DNA of 64,000 bases, taken from positions 224,001 through 288,000 of the forward strand of contig CAVRBU010000001.1 of the NCBI GenBank assembly GCA_963719315.1, in the 5' to 3' direction. Positions 21,033-31,167 of the stretch are shown here, piece after piece (position 1 is the stretch's first letter; every line of letters begins with the position of its first letter). The DNA is from an uncultured Planctomycetota bacterium (GTDB lineage Bacteria; Planctomycetota; Planctomycetia; Pirellulales; Lacipirellulaceae). The notes below the pieces were generated by a model that was given only the letters and a program-made list of their open reading frames with translations, made no database searches and was not told where the DNA came from. The translations under genes and the position numbers were made by a program.

Positions 21033-21701
21033 CTATGGCGATGTCGCCGCGTAGGCCGCCTTCAGTGCGGCGACTAAATCGGCCACGGTATAGATGCGAC
21101 CGGTCGGTTTGTTTAGGTTGGTGCCATCGGGCACGGCAGCCATCATGCTGCCCATCCTCTGGCCGCCTTTGGTTGTGACCAGGTACTCGATTATTTTGTC
21201 CCCGTCTTTGTCGCGAATAAGATCGCGGATCAGTTTTTCGCCCCGCGGGATCGAGCTCAAGCGATCGAGGTGCGCAAATGCGCCTGGTAATCGAGCCAGC
21301 CGCCGCATGAACTTCCGGCCCGCTTCGGTCGAAAGCTCACGTGCGATGAACGAGCCATCGTCGAGACCTCGCTCCGCAATATTGTCTGCGCCGGGAACAG
21401 GCGCGCCAGCATCATTCAACTTGGTCAGCACACGCTCAATTTGCGATCGCATAATGAAGTCGCCCGGCTGGTAATCTGGGAGCGAGGCGAAATAGCCTTC
21501 AACCGCCCGGCTCATCGAGCCAAGGTCTGGCGTGCCAGCTCGTTGCGCCGCGGCCGCGAAATCGATCAATTGGATAAAGACACAGGTTGTCGTCACGACA
21601 CGCGCGACAATGGGGACAAAATTGTCGGCCATTGCGCGAACCGGCCCGTAAGTTGCAGGGTCGTTATAGCCAATAGCTTCGAGCGCAATGGGTTTGTTCA
21701 T
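21033..21701 (-). CDS. Hypothetical protein (start may be later)
   Basis: 222-aa ORF filling the gap, ordered C-terminal NKPTGRIYT region. Confidence 0.6.
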   Translation of the reverse strand: MNKPIALEAIGYNDPATYGPVRAMADNFVPIVARVVTTTCVFIQLIDFAAAAQRAGTPDLGSMSRAVEGYFASLPDYQPGDFIMRSQIERVLTKLNDAGAPVPGADNIAERGLDDGSFIARELSTEAGRKFMRRLARLPGAFAHLDRLSSIPRGEKLIRDLIRDKDGDKIIEYLVTTKGGQRMGSMMAAVPDGTNLNKPTGRIYTVADLVAALKAAYAATSP

Positions 21702-21940
21702 AGCAAATTACCGGTGTTAAGCGCCAGGAAAAACTTCGTTCCGCGGGAGGAACAAAGTTCACCAAATATCGGCCCGGGCGCAAGTTGCCTGTCAGTAAAA
21801 GCTTAGCACAGTTCCATAGATCTTTTCGGCTTTTAGGGACCACCCGAATGATTGAATCTCTGGCTCCAAGTGCTTATACTGAAACGCCATTGGACGGAAG
21901 GTTGGGGAGGCGCGGGGTAGTTGGTATAGGAGATGCCGTT

Positions 21941-22216
21941 ATGTCGCGAAGCACGTATTTTGTGCAAGAATGCCCTACTTGTGGGCGGAAATTACAAGTC
22001 CGCGTTCAATACTTAGGGAAGCAGGTCGTCTGCCAGCACTGCAGCGCCCGTTTTGAAGCGTACGACCCCGGATCCGCTGCCTATCCGCCGCCGCCATCTA
22101 GCTTATCGCTGCTGGCGCGAGCCGAACAACTGCTGCAATCCGCCAGTGCGTCGCAGTTGGCCATGCCTGTCGGTAGCCATGCGATGACCGACGTGGTGCC
22201 CGTGCGGCCGAAGTAG
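21941..22216 (+). CDS. Small zinc-ribbon protein
   Basis: AGGAG RBS; CPTC...CQHC. Confidence 0.75.
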   Translation: MSRSTYFVQECPTCGRKLQVRVQYLGKQVVCQHCSARFEAYDPGSAAYPPPPSSLSLLARAEQLLQSASASQLAMPVGSHAMTDVVPVRPK

Positions 22217-22256
22217 TTTGAAGTTCGCTCACTTCTCGGGGCGATTCGGTAGTTTC

Positions 22257-23543
22257 TTACTTGCCGTCGCGCGTTAGCTCTTTTAGGTCGTCGAAAAACC
22301 TGGGATACGTTTTTTCAACGCACTGCGGATCATTGATTCGCACACCCGCGATTCGCAAGCCAGAGAGCGCGAAGCTCATCGCCATTCGATGATCGCGGTA
22401 TGTATCGATTGCCGCCGCCGATAGCTTGCCGGGCTGGATTGTTAGCCCGTCCGATTGTTCGTGAACGTTGGCGCCTAGCTTTCGCAATTCCGTCGCCACA
22501 GCGGCGAGGCGGTCGGTCTCTTTGTGCCGAATGTGGGAGACGTTAAAAATCGTCGTCGGCCCGTCCGCGAAAAGAGCGACGACTGCCAACGACTGAACGG
22601 TGTCGCTGATGGCGTTCATGTCCACGTTGATGCCCTTTAGAGAACGCCCCGAGACGGCAATCGAGTTCGACTCGCGCTGCACGTTGCAGCCCATCTGTTC
22701 GAGGCAATCGACGAACGCCACATCACCCTGAAGGCTTTCGGCTGAAAGCCCTTCTACAGTCACTTCGCCACCCGTGATTGCCGCCGCCGCCCAAAAGTAA
22801 CTTGCGGCCGAAGCATCCGGCTCAATCGCATACTCGCGAGCACGGTAGGGCTGCGGTACGATCTTGAAGCGGGCCAATTTCGCGTCGGTTTCCACATCGG
22901 CACCGAATGCTTGCATCACCGCGAGCGTCATCTCGACGTATGGCTGCGACACAAGCGTGCCATCGATTTCCAATTCGATCGGCGCGAAAGCGGTCGGCGC
23001 CGCCATGAGCAGTCCACTCAAGAACTGGCTCGAAATGTCGCCGCGAACCTTGGCGAGACCGCCGCGAAGACCGTTTGCATGCACAACTACGGGCGGGCAG
23101 TCATTGCTGTTTTCGCTCACAATCCGCGCGCCTAACTGTCGCAGCGCATCAAGCAAGTCACCGATTGGCCGCTCGCGCATGCGCTCGACGCCATCCAGTC
23201 GAAACGATCCGTGTCCTAATGTGACGAGTGCGGCCAAAAAACGCATCGTCGTTCCGCTGTTGGCGCAAAACAGTTCGGCCTCAAGTGCCGGCACGCAGCC
23301 GCCGGTGCCGCGAACGAGGAGGTTTGTTCTAGCTTTGCGCGGCATGACTTCGAACCCCAATCGGCCCAAGTTTTCAATCATCACCCGCGTGTCTTCGCTA
23401 TCGAGCGTGCCGCTGAGCATCGAGTTGCCGTCGGCCAGCGCCGCGCACACCAATGCTCGATTCGTAATGCTTTTCGACCCCGGCGGCCGAATTCGGCCGC
23501 GAATCGGCCCTGCAACCGGCGTGATTTCTAATGGATCATTCAT
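22257..23543 (-). CDS. aroA: 3-phosphoshikimate 1-carboxyvinyltransferase
   Basis: PGSKSITNRA, NSGTTMRF, SSQFLS, RHKETDR, DHRMAMS. Confidence 0.97.
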   Translation of the reverse strand: MNDPLEITPVAGPIRGRIRPPGSKSITNRALVCAALADGNSMLSGTLDSEDTRVMIENLGRLGFEVMPRKARTNLLVRGTGGCVPALEAELFCANSGTTMRFLAALVTLGHGSFRLDGVERMRERPIGDLLDALRQLGARIVSENSNDCPPVVVHANGLRGGLAKVRGDISSQFLSGLLMAAPTAFAPIELEIDGTLVSQPYVEMTLAVMQAFGADVETDAKLARFKIVPQPYRAREYAIEPDASAASYFWAAAAITGGEVTVEGLSAESLQGDVAFVDCLEQMGCNVQRESNSIAVSGRSLKGINVDMNAISDTVQSLAVVALFADGPTTIFNVSHIRHKETDRLAAVATELRKLGANVHEQSDGLTIQPGKLSAAAIDTYRDHRMAMSFALSGLRIAGVRINDPQCVEKTYPRFFDDLKELTRDGK

Positions 23544-23734
23544 GGCAAGCCGGCGTGAACAACTAGCGTCAATTCGGTATGATTAAGGTCTAGCGTAGAC
23601 AACGAGGCCAAATGAGGCCAGCGGGGATTTCTCAAACACATACAGCGTTAGCCACGACGAGCACAACAGACACGACGATATTTTGCCCCTGTCGTTTCCG
23701 TCGTGCCGTCATGGTTCAAATCCACCGGGGCACG

Positions 23735-26093
23735 ATGAAGAAAAACAAATCAGGCGGCGGCTGGCCGGCCGTGTGGTACACGTGGCGAAAAGCTCGCGAG
23801 GCCGGCGGCTTTCTTAAACTCTGGCGGGCCATGCGTTCCAAGAACGCCTGCAAGACCTGCGCGCTCGGCATGGGCGGGCAAAGGGGCGGCATGGTCAACG
23901 AACTCGGCCATTTCCCTGAGGTCTGCAAGAAAAGTTTGCAGGCGATGGTCGCCGACATGCAAGGCGCCATCCGCGGTGACTTTTGGCAAAGGTATTCGCC
24001 TCGCGAGCTGCGGCAATTGTCGCCGCGCGAGTTGGAAGCATGTGGGCGGCTTGTCGAACCCGTGCTATACACCCGCGACACGGGCTGGTATACGCCCATC
24101 TCGTGGGATGATGCGCTCGGACGCATCGTCGCCAAGCTCCGCGCCACGCCGCCCAACGACACATTTTGGTACTTCAGTGGGCGCAGCAGCAACGAAGCCG
24201 GATTTTTGCTCCAGCTTTTCGCTCGACAATTCGGCACGAACAACGTCAACAATTGCAGCTACTATTGCCACCAGGCGAGCGGCGTCGGCTTGGCGAGTGT
24301 TATCGGCAGCGGCACCGCCACGATTCAACTCGAAGACCTGGAACACGCCGACTTGGTGTTCCTCATCGGCGGCAATCCGGCCAGCAATCACCCGCGCCTC
24401 ATGCGGACACTGCTCCACGTCCGTCGGCGGGGCGGCGAGGTGATCGTCATCAACCCGCTTGTAGAAACGGGTCTTGTGCGATTCAGCGTTCCCAGCGACA
24501 TCAAGAGTCTATTGTTCGGCAGCAAGATCGCCAGCTTGTACGTTCAACCCCATATTGGCGGCGATTTGGCACTGCTCACCGGTATTGCGAAGCGCATCGT
24601 CGAAATGAGAGCCCACGATGAGACGTACCTCGACAACCACACCCAAGGTTGGCCTGAGCTGCGGTTTCGACTGGCAGAAGTTACCTGGGACGAGATAGTC
24701 ACCAAGAGTGGGGTGAGCCGGGATGATATTGAGGCGATCGCGACGCGGTACGCCGCGGCAAAGAACGTCGTGTTTAGTTGGACGATGGGAATTACGCATC
24801 ACGCCCATGGCGTAAGAAACGTACAGGCGATCGCCAACCTGGCGTTGCTCCGGGGCATGGTTGGCCGACCGGGCGCCGGCCTGATGCCCATCCGTGGCCA
24901 CTCGAATGTACAGGGAATTGGCTCCGTCGGCGTCGTGCCCAAGTTGAAGGACGCGATCTTCGACCGGCTCCAATCGCACTTCGGCGTTGTGCTGCCCACC
25001 GCACCGGGGCGCGACACAATGGCTTGCATGGAAGGGGCCGCCGCCGGTGAGTTGAAAGTCGGCTTCTGCCTCGGCGGCAATTTGTATGGTTCGAATCCTG
25101 ACGCGACGTTCGCCTCACAGGCGATCGCTAACCTTGAACAAATCACTTACCTCAGTACCACGCTCAACACCGGGCACGCCTACGGGTTAGCGCGAGACGA
25201 TCATTTTGCCCGTTTCCGCTCGCGACGAAGAACCGGAGCCGACGACGCAGGAGTCGATGTTCAACTACGTCCGCATGAGCGACGGCGGCCCGCAGCGGCA
25301 CGCCGGAACGCGCTCCGAAATCAACGTCATCGCCAGCATCGCGGCCGGCGTGTTTGCGAAAGCGGAAGAGGGAGTTTGGCAGGGGGAAGGTCAAAGTATT
25401 GCTAAAAACGGCTTGGACTGTCCCCCTTCTTCCTTTCCCCGTCCGTCTTCGCCACTAAATTGGTCTTCCATGCGCTCCCCTGCTCAAATCCGCCAAGCGA
25501 TCGGCCGCATCGTTCCCGGTTTCGAGAAGCTTTCCGAAATCGACCGAACGAAGCAAGAATTCCAAATCGGCGGCCGCACATTTCACACACCGCAATTCGC
25601 CACGCCCGATGGCCGTGCGCGAATTCACACACACATATTGCCCGATCTCGCAGGCACCGGACCCGATGAAATCCGGCTCATGACGATTCGCAGCGAGGGC
25701 CAATTCAACACGGTCGTCTACGAAGACGAGGACGTTTACCGCGGCATCGACCGCCGCGACGTGATCCTACTACATCCCGACGACCTCCGCCGCTTGAGGA
25801 TTTGCGACAACGACCCCGTCACAATCCACGGCCCCGCCGGCAACATGCCCAACATCCGCGCGACAGCATTCGACACCATCAAACCCGGCAACGCCGCCAT
25901 GTACTACCCCGAGTGCAATGTCCTCATCAGCCGCACGCTCGACCCGCAGAGCAAGACGCCGGCGTTCAAAGGCGTCATCGTGCGGGTGGAAGCTGCGCGG
26001 TCGGATACATCTACCCGCCCATCTGCGTCGGATCCACAGTTGGTGCAGATCGCGGGCGATGTCGATCGATCGCACAAACAGACGGTCAAATAA
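23735..26093 (+). CDS. FdhF/YdeP-family molybdopterin oxidoreductase, apparent frameshift near 25193
   Basis: CKTCALGMGG, SGRSSNEA, NCSYYCHQASG, PIRGHSNVQG; C-terminal LMTIRSEGQFNT and SKTPAFK in next frame. Confidence 0.88.
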
Positions 26094-27474
26094 TGGTCGA
26101 TAATCCTGGCAAGAACACGATTGCGCTACTTCCGGGTCGCGTCGCAAAAAAGTCCGAATGAGTAGCCGGCTCTGTGAATTCGAGTTGATAGCGTGATTGC
26201 CACTCGTCCAGAAACGACGAAGCAGCGTCTCGATGGACCAGCGCCCATATACTTCCCCCAAATCCCGCGCCGAAGGTTGACGCGGCAGGTGCGCCAAGCT
26301 GATGGGCGATTTCCACAAGCCGGATTGTTTCCGGAGTTTGGTTTTTCAGCAGCTTTACACCCAATTCGTGCGATTGCCGCACCAAGTCGCCAAATTTGTC
26401 AATCGTGGCCGGGGTAATTAAATCTGGAACCGATCGAATCAATCGGCTTTCGACCACAAAATGATCGAGACGCTCAAGCAAATCGTGGCTCGCGAACATT
26501 TCGTTTTTGGTTTTGGCTAGGACCTCACGCAACCGCTCGGTAGCATCGGGAGCCGAATCAAGAATCGTCGCGAGCGACTGCTCATATCGATTTGTCGATC
26601 GGCACCACGTATCCACGATCGTTCTTACCATCGCGGAAAGGCGGTTGTATTTTTCCAATGCGGCGCCCGTCTTTTCGGCAACCACGCCGCTCGACGCGAT
26701 CGCGAACACGTATTCATCGGCCAACTCAATCGTTCGCCGAAAGCTCACTGGACAAAACGAATATTGAACAAGTTTGCCCGGCTGGCCGCACAAAATCGCC
26801 GTGTGGTCTTCGCTGCCGCCGAATGTGCCGACTCCCTTGTCGCCGGCAAACGGCCCGAAGCTCATGCCGTTTTCGACGGCGCTCAGGTAGCCGGCCAGGT
26901 CTTCCGGCGTACGAATATGGCGCGAGTATGACGGGTCGCGTTCCAAGTCGTTGATCTGAGCGAGCACCAAAAAGGTGCCAACCACAAACGCGCTCGAACT
27001 GCTCATGCCCGCTGACGGCGGCAGATTGCTCGCAAACGCGATCGTCGCCCCACGACGCGCCTGCGGAAAATTCTTCGCCATTCGCCGCGCCACAGTCTGC
27101 GGATAGTTCGACCAATGCCCGATCCGCGGCTGCAAGTCTTCGCGAAGCGCGAACTCCGACGAGTCATTTCGCCGCGAATCGACCATTCGAATGGTATTGT
27201 CGGCCGCAGCAACGGCGATCATGCAAAAGCCGCGTTCTGCCGTCGCGAGCACGCTCTCGCCGCCGCAGTAGTCGGTGTACTTTCCCAGCACTTCAATTCG
27301 CCCTGGTGCCCAGCACGCGACGACTGACCGTTTGTCGTCGATACTTCGAGCACACAACGCGTGAGCCGATACCACAAAACATTCTGCGGCGTTCGCGGCA
27401 CATTTCCGACCCATGCCTGCGGCGACCAACCGCGCAGCAACGTCCTCTCGGTCGAGCCAGTCGGCGAGCATCAT
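26086..27474 (-). CDS. GHMP sugar kinase, galactokinase-like
   Basis: PGRIEVLGKYTDY, PPSAGMSSSSA, GAGFGGS. Confidence 0.85.
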   Translation of the reverse strand: MMLADWLDREDVAARLVAAGMGRKCAANAAECFVVSAHALCARSIDDKRSVVACWAPGRIEVLGKYTDYCGGESVLATAERGFCMIAVAAADNTIRMVDSRRNDSSEFALREDLQPRIGHWSNYPQTVARRMAKNFPQARRGATIAFASNLPPSAGMSSSSAFVVGTFLVLAQINDLERDPSYSRHIRTPEDLAGYLSAVENGMSFGPFAGDKGVGTFGGSEDHTAILCGQPGKLVQYSFCPVSFRRTIELADEYVFAIASSGVVAEKTGAALEKYNRLSAMVRTIVDTWCRSTNRYEQSLATILDSAPDATERLREVLAKTKNEMFASHDLLERLDHFVVESRLIRSVPDLITPATIDKFGDLVRQSHELGVKLLKNQTPETIRLVEIAHQLGAPAASTFGAGFGGSIWALVHRDAASSFLDEWQSRYQLEFTEPATHSDFFATRPGSSAIVFLPGLSTII

Positions 27475-28274
27475 AGACGCACCTCAACGGATGCCAGTCT
27501 TCGCGCAACTTCAACAACATCGGCTTGCGTGGACAAATCCAAGACCGGGTCATCCACAACCAGCACATCAAAACGCTCGCCCAATTTGTCGATGGCGTAC
27601 GACACCGCGTCCGTCAGCTCGTACTCGCCCCGCGCCGACCGCGGTATGGCGCGACACGCCTCAAGAACGACAGGTGTAAACCGCCAGCAATTCATGCCAA
27701 TTAGAACCGCGTCTTCGATGCGCAAAAACGTTTCATCGTCGGGTTTTTCGACCACGCGCTGCAGATGCCCGTCCGCGCCCAAAGATAGTATGGCAAAGTT
27801 CCGTATGCGCTGCGCGGCAATGTTTCCGCGACTAAGTCCTTTCGGCCGAAACGCGGCGACGGCCGATCCCGTCATCGAGCGCAGGCCGCCCAACGCGCTC
27901 GCCGGATAATAATTGTCGGCATTGATCAATAGGAAGGGATCGTCGCGCACAAAGCCAGTTGCGGCCGCGGCGGCATTCGCCGTCCCCAGCGGCTCCTGCT
28001 GAGTCGCGAATTCGATTGCTAGGCACCTTCCGCTTAAACTTCCGACATGCTCGCGCAGCGCGCCGTGATCCGGCCCGATGACGAGGCACACGCGCCGGTA
28101 GCCCGCATCGGCCAGCCCCGAAAGCACATAGTCGATGAACGGCCTGCCGACCGGCATCATTGCCTTCAAGCCGCTGCGCGCGACCTCGCGTTGCGTCGCG
28201 CTCAGTCGGGCCGAATTCTGTACCTGCTGCATCCGCGAGCCGCGCCCAGCCGCCAAGATGACTGCTTTGTCCAT
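27471..28274 (-). CDS. Sugar-1-phosphate nucleotidyltransferase (NTP_transferase family)
   Basis: KAVILAAGRGSRM, QEPLGTA, NADN, VEKP, RGEYELTDA. Confidence 0.9.
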   Translation of the reverse strand: MDKAVILAAGRGSRMQQVQNSARLSATQREVARSGLKAMMPVGRPFIDYVLSGLADAGYRRVCLVIGPDHGALREHVGSLSGRCLAIEFATQQEPLGTANAAAAATGFVRDDPFLLINADNYYPASALGGLRSMTGSAVAAFRPKGLSRGNIAAQRIRNFAILSLGADGHLQRVVEKPDDETFLRIEDAVLIGMNCWRFTPVVLEACRAIPRSARGEYELTDAVSYAIDKLGERFDVLVVDDPVLDLSTQADVVEVARRLASVEVRL

Positions 28275-28279
28275 TGCCG

Positions 28280-29629
28280 TCAGTTGTGGGGGCGTGATTT
28301 ACCAGAGGCAGACGGCGCCACTCTCGCCCGCAGATGTCGATCGGCGAATGCCAGGTATTGCTGCCAGTCGTAAGCCGTCGCGTCGTGCTTGCCGGTGCGA
28401 ATGTGGTAGCCGATCGTATCGCCCACCGGATGATCCACCGCCGGCATGTCGTCTGTCTCGAGTCCTTTCAGCCCAAACAGGTGATACACCGGTTCGGCAT
28501 TTTTCGCCGAGAGAAACTCGCCCCGCGGATCGGCCCACAAATCGTCCGCCGCACTCGCCACATACACGGGCCGCGGCGCAATGAGCGCAATCAGCTCATG
28601 CTGATCGACCGGGAGCTTGTTCTCATTATTGTTGTATTTGTGAAAATTGCGGCAAAACCAGTGCGGAAATTGCGTGTTGATGCGATCGACCGTTTCGCCG
28701 AAGATCCGCCGACTCAGCGCGGCCCCTCCACAGCCCGAGTCGTTTGAAATCACCATTGCGAATCGCGGGTCGCAGGCTCCTGCCCACAATGCGGTCTTCC
28801 CTAATCGCGAATGGCCCCATACCGCCACGCGCTTGGCATCCACGAGCGGGTCGGCTTCAAGATAGTCGAGCGCCCGGCTCAGTCCCCATGCCCAGGCCGC
28901 AACGGTGCCCCACTCGTCCGCATCGGGTTCCGTTTGGCCGGTTCGGTAAAACAGAGGCCGCACGCCTTTGCTCAAACCGTCTAGGGAATCGGGCTCGATA
29001 TCGCCGCAACACATCGTGGCGACCGCATAGCCACGCGCGACGACTTCTTCAACTTGCAAACGTGTTGCCTCGCAGCCCCGCGAGGCTTCCGTCGCGCGGT
29101 GATCGACAATGCCGAATTCTGGGTGGTTTAGGATCCACGCGCTGCCCAGCGTAATTCCCGGATCAGTATGAGCCGACTGATTGCCGTTGAAGTTAAGCCC
29201 CAAAAAGACAGGCGTAGATCCGCCCGCCTTCGGCACATACAGCAGCAAGTGCAGCGGCATGCGGCCCTTCGGCGTAACGATTTCAATTGACACTTCCTTA
29301 CGAATGGCTTTGCCGCCAAGAGCCGTGCGATCCTCCGACTCGATCTTAAACTCCAACCGCGGTTTCCGTTCGGGCGCTCGCCCGTAGACATTCGCCTCGA
29401 ACAGCCGCAAGATCTCCGGCCGCCGCTTCGCCGTCCACTCGGCCGCCGTTTCTATCGGCCGGCCTTCGCCGTCGATCAGTGGGTCGGGCAGCGTGTAAGG
29501 AGCTAAGCGGCTCTCGTCGTAATTCGCTTTGAATTCTGCCGCCATCCCGACGCACGACAACCCGCCAACCAGCATCATGGCCACCATCATGCGAACGCTC
29601 GCTGCGAGGTGTCGCCGCTTCATCTCCAT
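28280..29629 (-). CDS. Secreted CE15 glucuronoyl-esterase-like hydrolase
   Basis: Signal peptide; LPDPL, AWAWG, GHSRLGK, SGCGG, LPVDQHELIALIAPR, DLWADPRG. Confidence 0.85.
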   Translation of the reverse strand: MEMKRRHLAASVRMMVAMMLVGGLSCVGMAAEFKANYDESRLAPYTLPDPLIDGEGRPIETAAEWTAKRRPEILRLFEANVYGRAPERKPRLEFKIESEDRTALGGKAIRKEVSIEIVTPKGRMPLHLLLYVPKAGGSTPVFLGLNFNGNQSAHTDPGITLGSAWILNHPEFGIVDHRATEASRGCEATRLQVEEVVARGYAVATMCCGDIEPDSLDGLSKGVRPLFYRTGQTEPDADEWGTVAAWAWGLSRALDYLEADPLVDAKRVAVWGHSRLGKTALWAGACDPRFAMVISNDSGCGGAALSRRIFGETVDRINTQFPHWFCRNFHKYNNNENKLPVDQHELIALIAPRPVYVASAADDLWADPRGEFLSAKNAEPVYHLFGLKGLETDDMPAVDHPVGDTIGYHIRTGKHDATAYDWQQYLAFADRHLRARVAPSASGKSRPHN

Positions 29630-29660
29630 GCATCCTTAACGGCATCGCTCGCGATGAACA

Positions 29661-30965
29661 TCATGCAAACTTCGTCCGTCCTGGAATCGCCACTTGGACG
29701 GCCGGCACGTCGTCGTTCCAGGCGTATTCGCTTGGCCCGAGCCGCTCCTGGCTGTTGAGGCATTCGTCCCACGTGAGTGCTTTGCCGGTGTAAGTGCACA
29801 TCCGGCCCATGACGGCGAGCATCGTGCTATTTGCCATGTAGTGGCCGTTGTTGACGGGATTTCCATCTCGAATGCTGTTGAAGAGGACCTCGTGTTCGAA
29901 ATCGTACGTTTTGGAAAGCGCGCGATTCGGCCCGCTGTATGACCAGGGATTTTCACCCTCTATCTGATACTTCAGTATCTGGGCTTGTCCCTTCGTACCG
30001 AGCACGATTTCGTCAACCATATTGGCTACGTTGCTTTGTTGCCGGCAGGTGAAGAACACTCGAACATTGTTCGGATATTCATAGAATACAGTGTGATGAT
30101 CGTAAATATCTCCGTACTGCGGATCCACGCGTTGCTGACGTCCGCCCATACCGAATGCCTGGGTAGGATGGATGTCGCCTTGCAACCACGCGGTCTTATC
30201 CAGGCTATGTACCGCCTGTTCGCAAATATGATCGCCGGAGAGCCAATGGAAATAGAGCCAGTTGCGGAGCTGATATTCCATTCGGCTCCAATTCGGATTG
30301 TCGCCGCGATGCCAAAGTGTGCCGCCGTTGTAGGTCGATTGGATCGCAACAATGTCGCCGATCGCTTTGTCCGCCGTAATCCTCTTGATTGTTTCCTGCA
30401 CGCCTGGGTGATAGCGCCAGCACAGACCGGAGACAACCGAAAGGTTTTTCTCTTTCGCTTTCTTGCACGTTTCGATGACGCTGCGGACGCCGGGCGCATC
30501 GACAGCCACCGGCTTCTCGACGAACGTATGCTTGCCTTTTTCGACGGCATAGGCGAGATGCTGCGGTCGAAAATGGGGTGGCGTGGCCAATAGCACTACG
30601 TCAACGTCGCTGTCGATTAATTGCTTGTAGGCGTCGAAGCCGATGAACACGTGGTCGTCGGCGACTTGCACGCGGTCTTTCGTTTTTTCCTCTCGACGCA
30701 GAGCCCCAACGCTGCTTTTGGCAAAGTCGGCGAATGTGTCGGCGACGGCCACTAAAATATTATCGGGGCCCGCGTTAAGTGCGTTCTGCGCGGCGCCAGT
30801 GCCTCGACCACCACAGCCGACCAGCCCAATGCGAAGTTTTTCGTTTACGCCTGCGTGAACGGACCTCGGCACAGCCATCGTACCGACGAGCGTCGCGCCG
30901 ACCGCCAGTCCTGAAGAAGTCTTCAAAAAATCACGACGCGTTGAGCTGGTCTTTTCCTGTGACAT
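29661..30965 (-). CDS. Tat-exported Gfo/Idh/MocA oxidoreductase
   Basis: TRRDFLK signal, GCGGRG, FVEKP. Confidence 0.92.
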   Translation of the reverse strand: MSQEKTSSTRRDFLKTSSGLAVGATLVGTMAVPRSVHAGVNEKLRIGLVGCGGRGTGAAQNALNAGPDNILVAVADTFADFAKSSVGALRREEKTKDRVQVADDHVFIGFDAYKQLIDSDVDVVLLATPPHFRPQHLAYAVEKGKHTFVEKPVAVDAPGVRSVIETCKKAKEKNLSVVSGLCWRYHPGVQETIKRITADKAIGDIVAIQSTYNGGTLWHRGDNPNWSRMEYQLRNWLYFHWLSGDHICEQAVHSLDKTAWLQGDIHPTQAFGMGGRQQRVDPQYGDIYDHHTVFYEYPNNVRVFFTCRQQSNVANMVDEIVLGTKGQAQILKYQIEGENPWSYSGPNRALSKTYDFEHEVLFNSIRDGNPVNNGHYMANSTMLAVMGRMCTYTGKALTWDECLNSQERLGPSEYAWNDDVPAVQVAIPGRTKFA

Positions 30966-31167
30966 GTACCGACTCCATGTTCGCTGGTATGCAGATGGCA
31001 GAATCCGCCGTGCCAGCGTCAAGTAATGACTCGCAAGCCGAAAACGAAGTGGGACTAATTTGGGCAATTAACCCAATTGTCCCCGCCCAGCCATCGCAAA
31101 TCAAGCGATAGGTCGCCCAATATATTGTTTGGGAGAGCCAGCCGAGGCGTGAAATAGAGAAATTGTG

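Noticed and set aside
25180..25210. Selenocysteine or programmed recoding in the FdhF-like gene
   Set aside because: No in-frame TGA at the active site (NCSYYCH has Cys); the break is a one-base indel like others in the window
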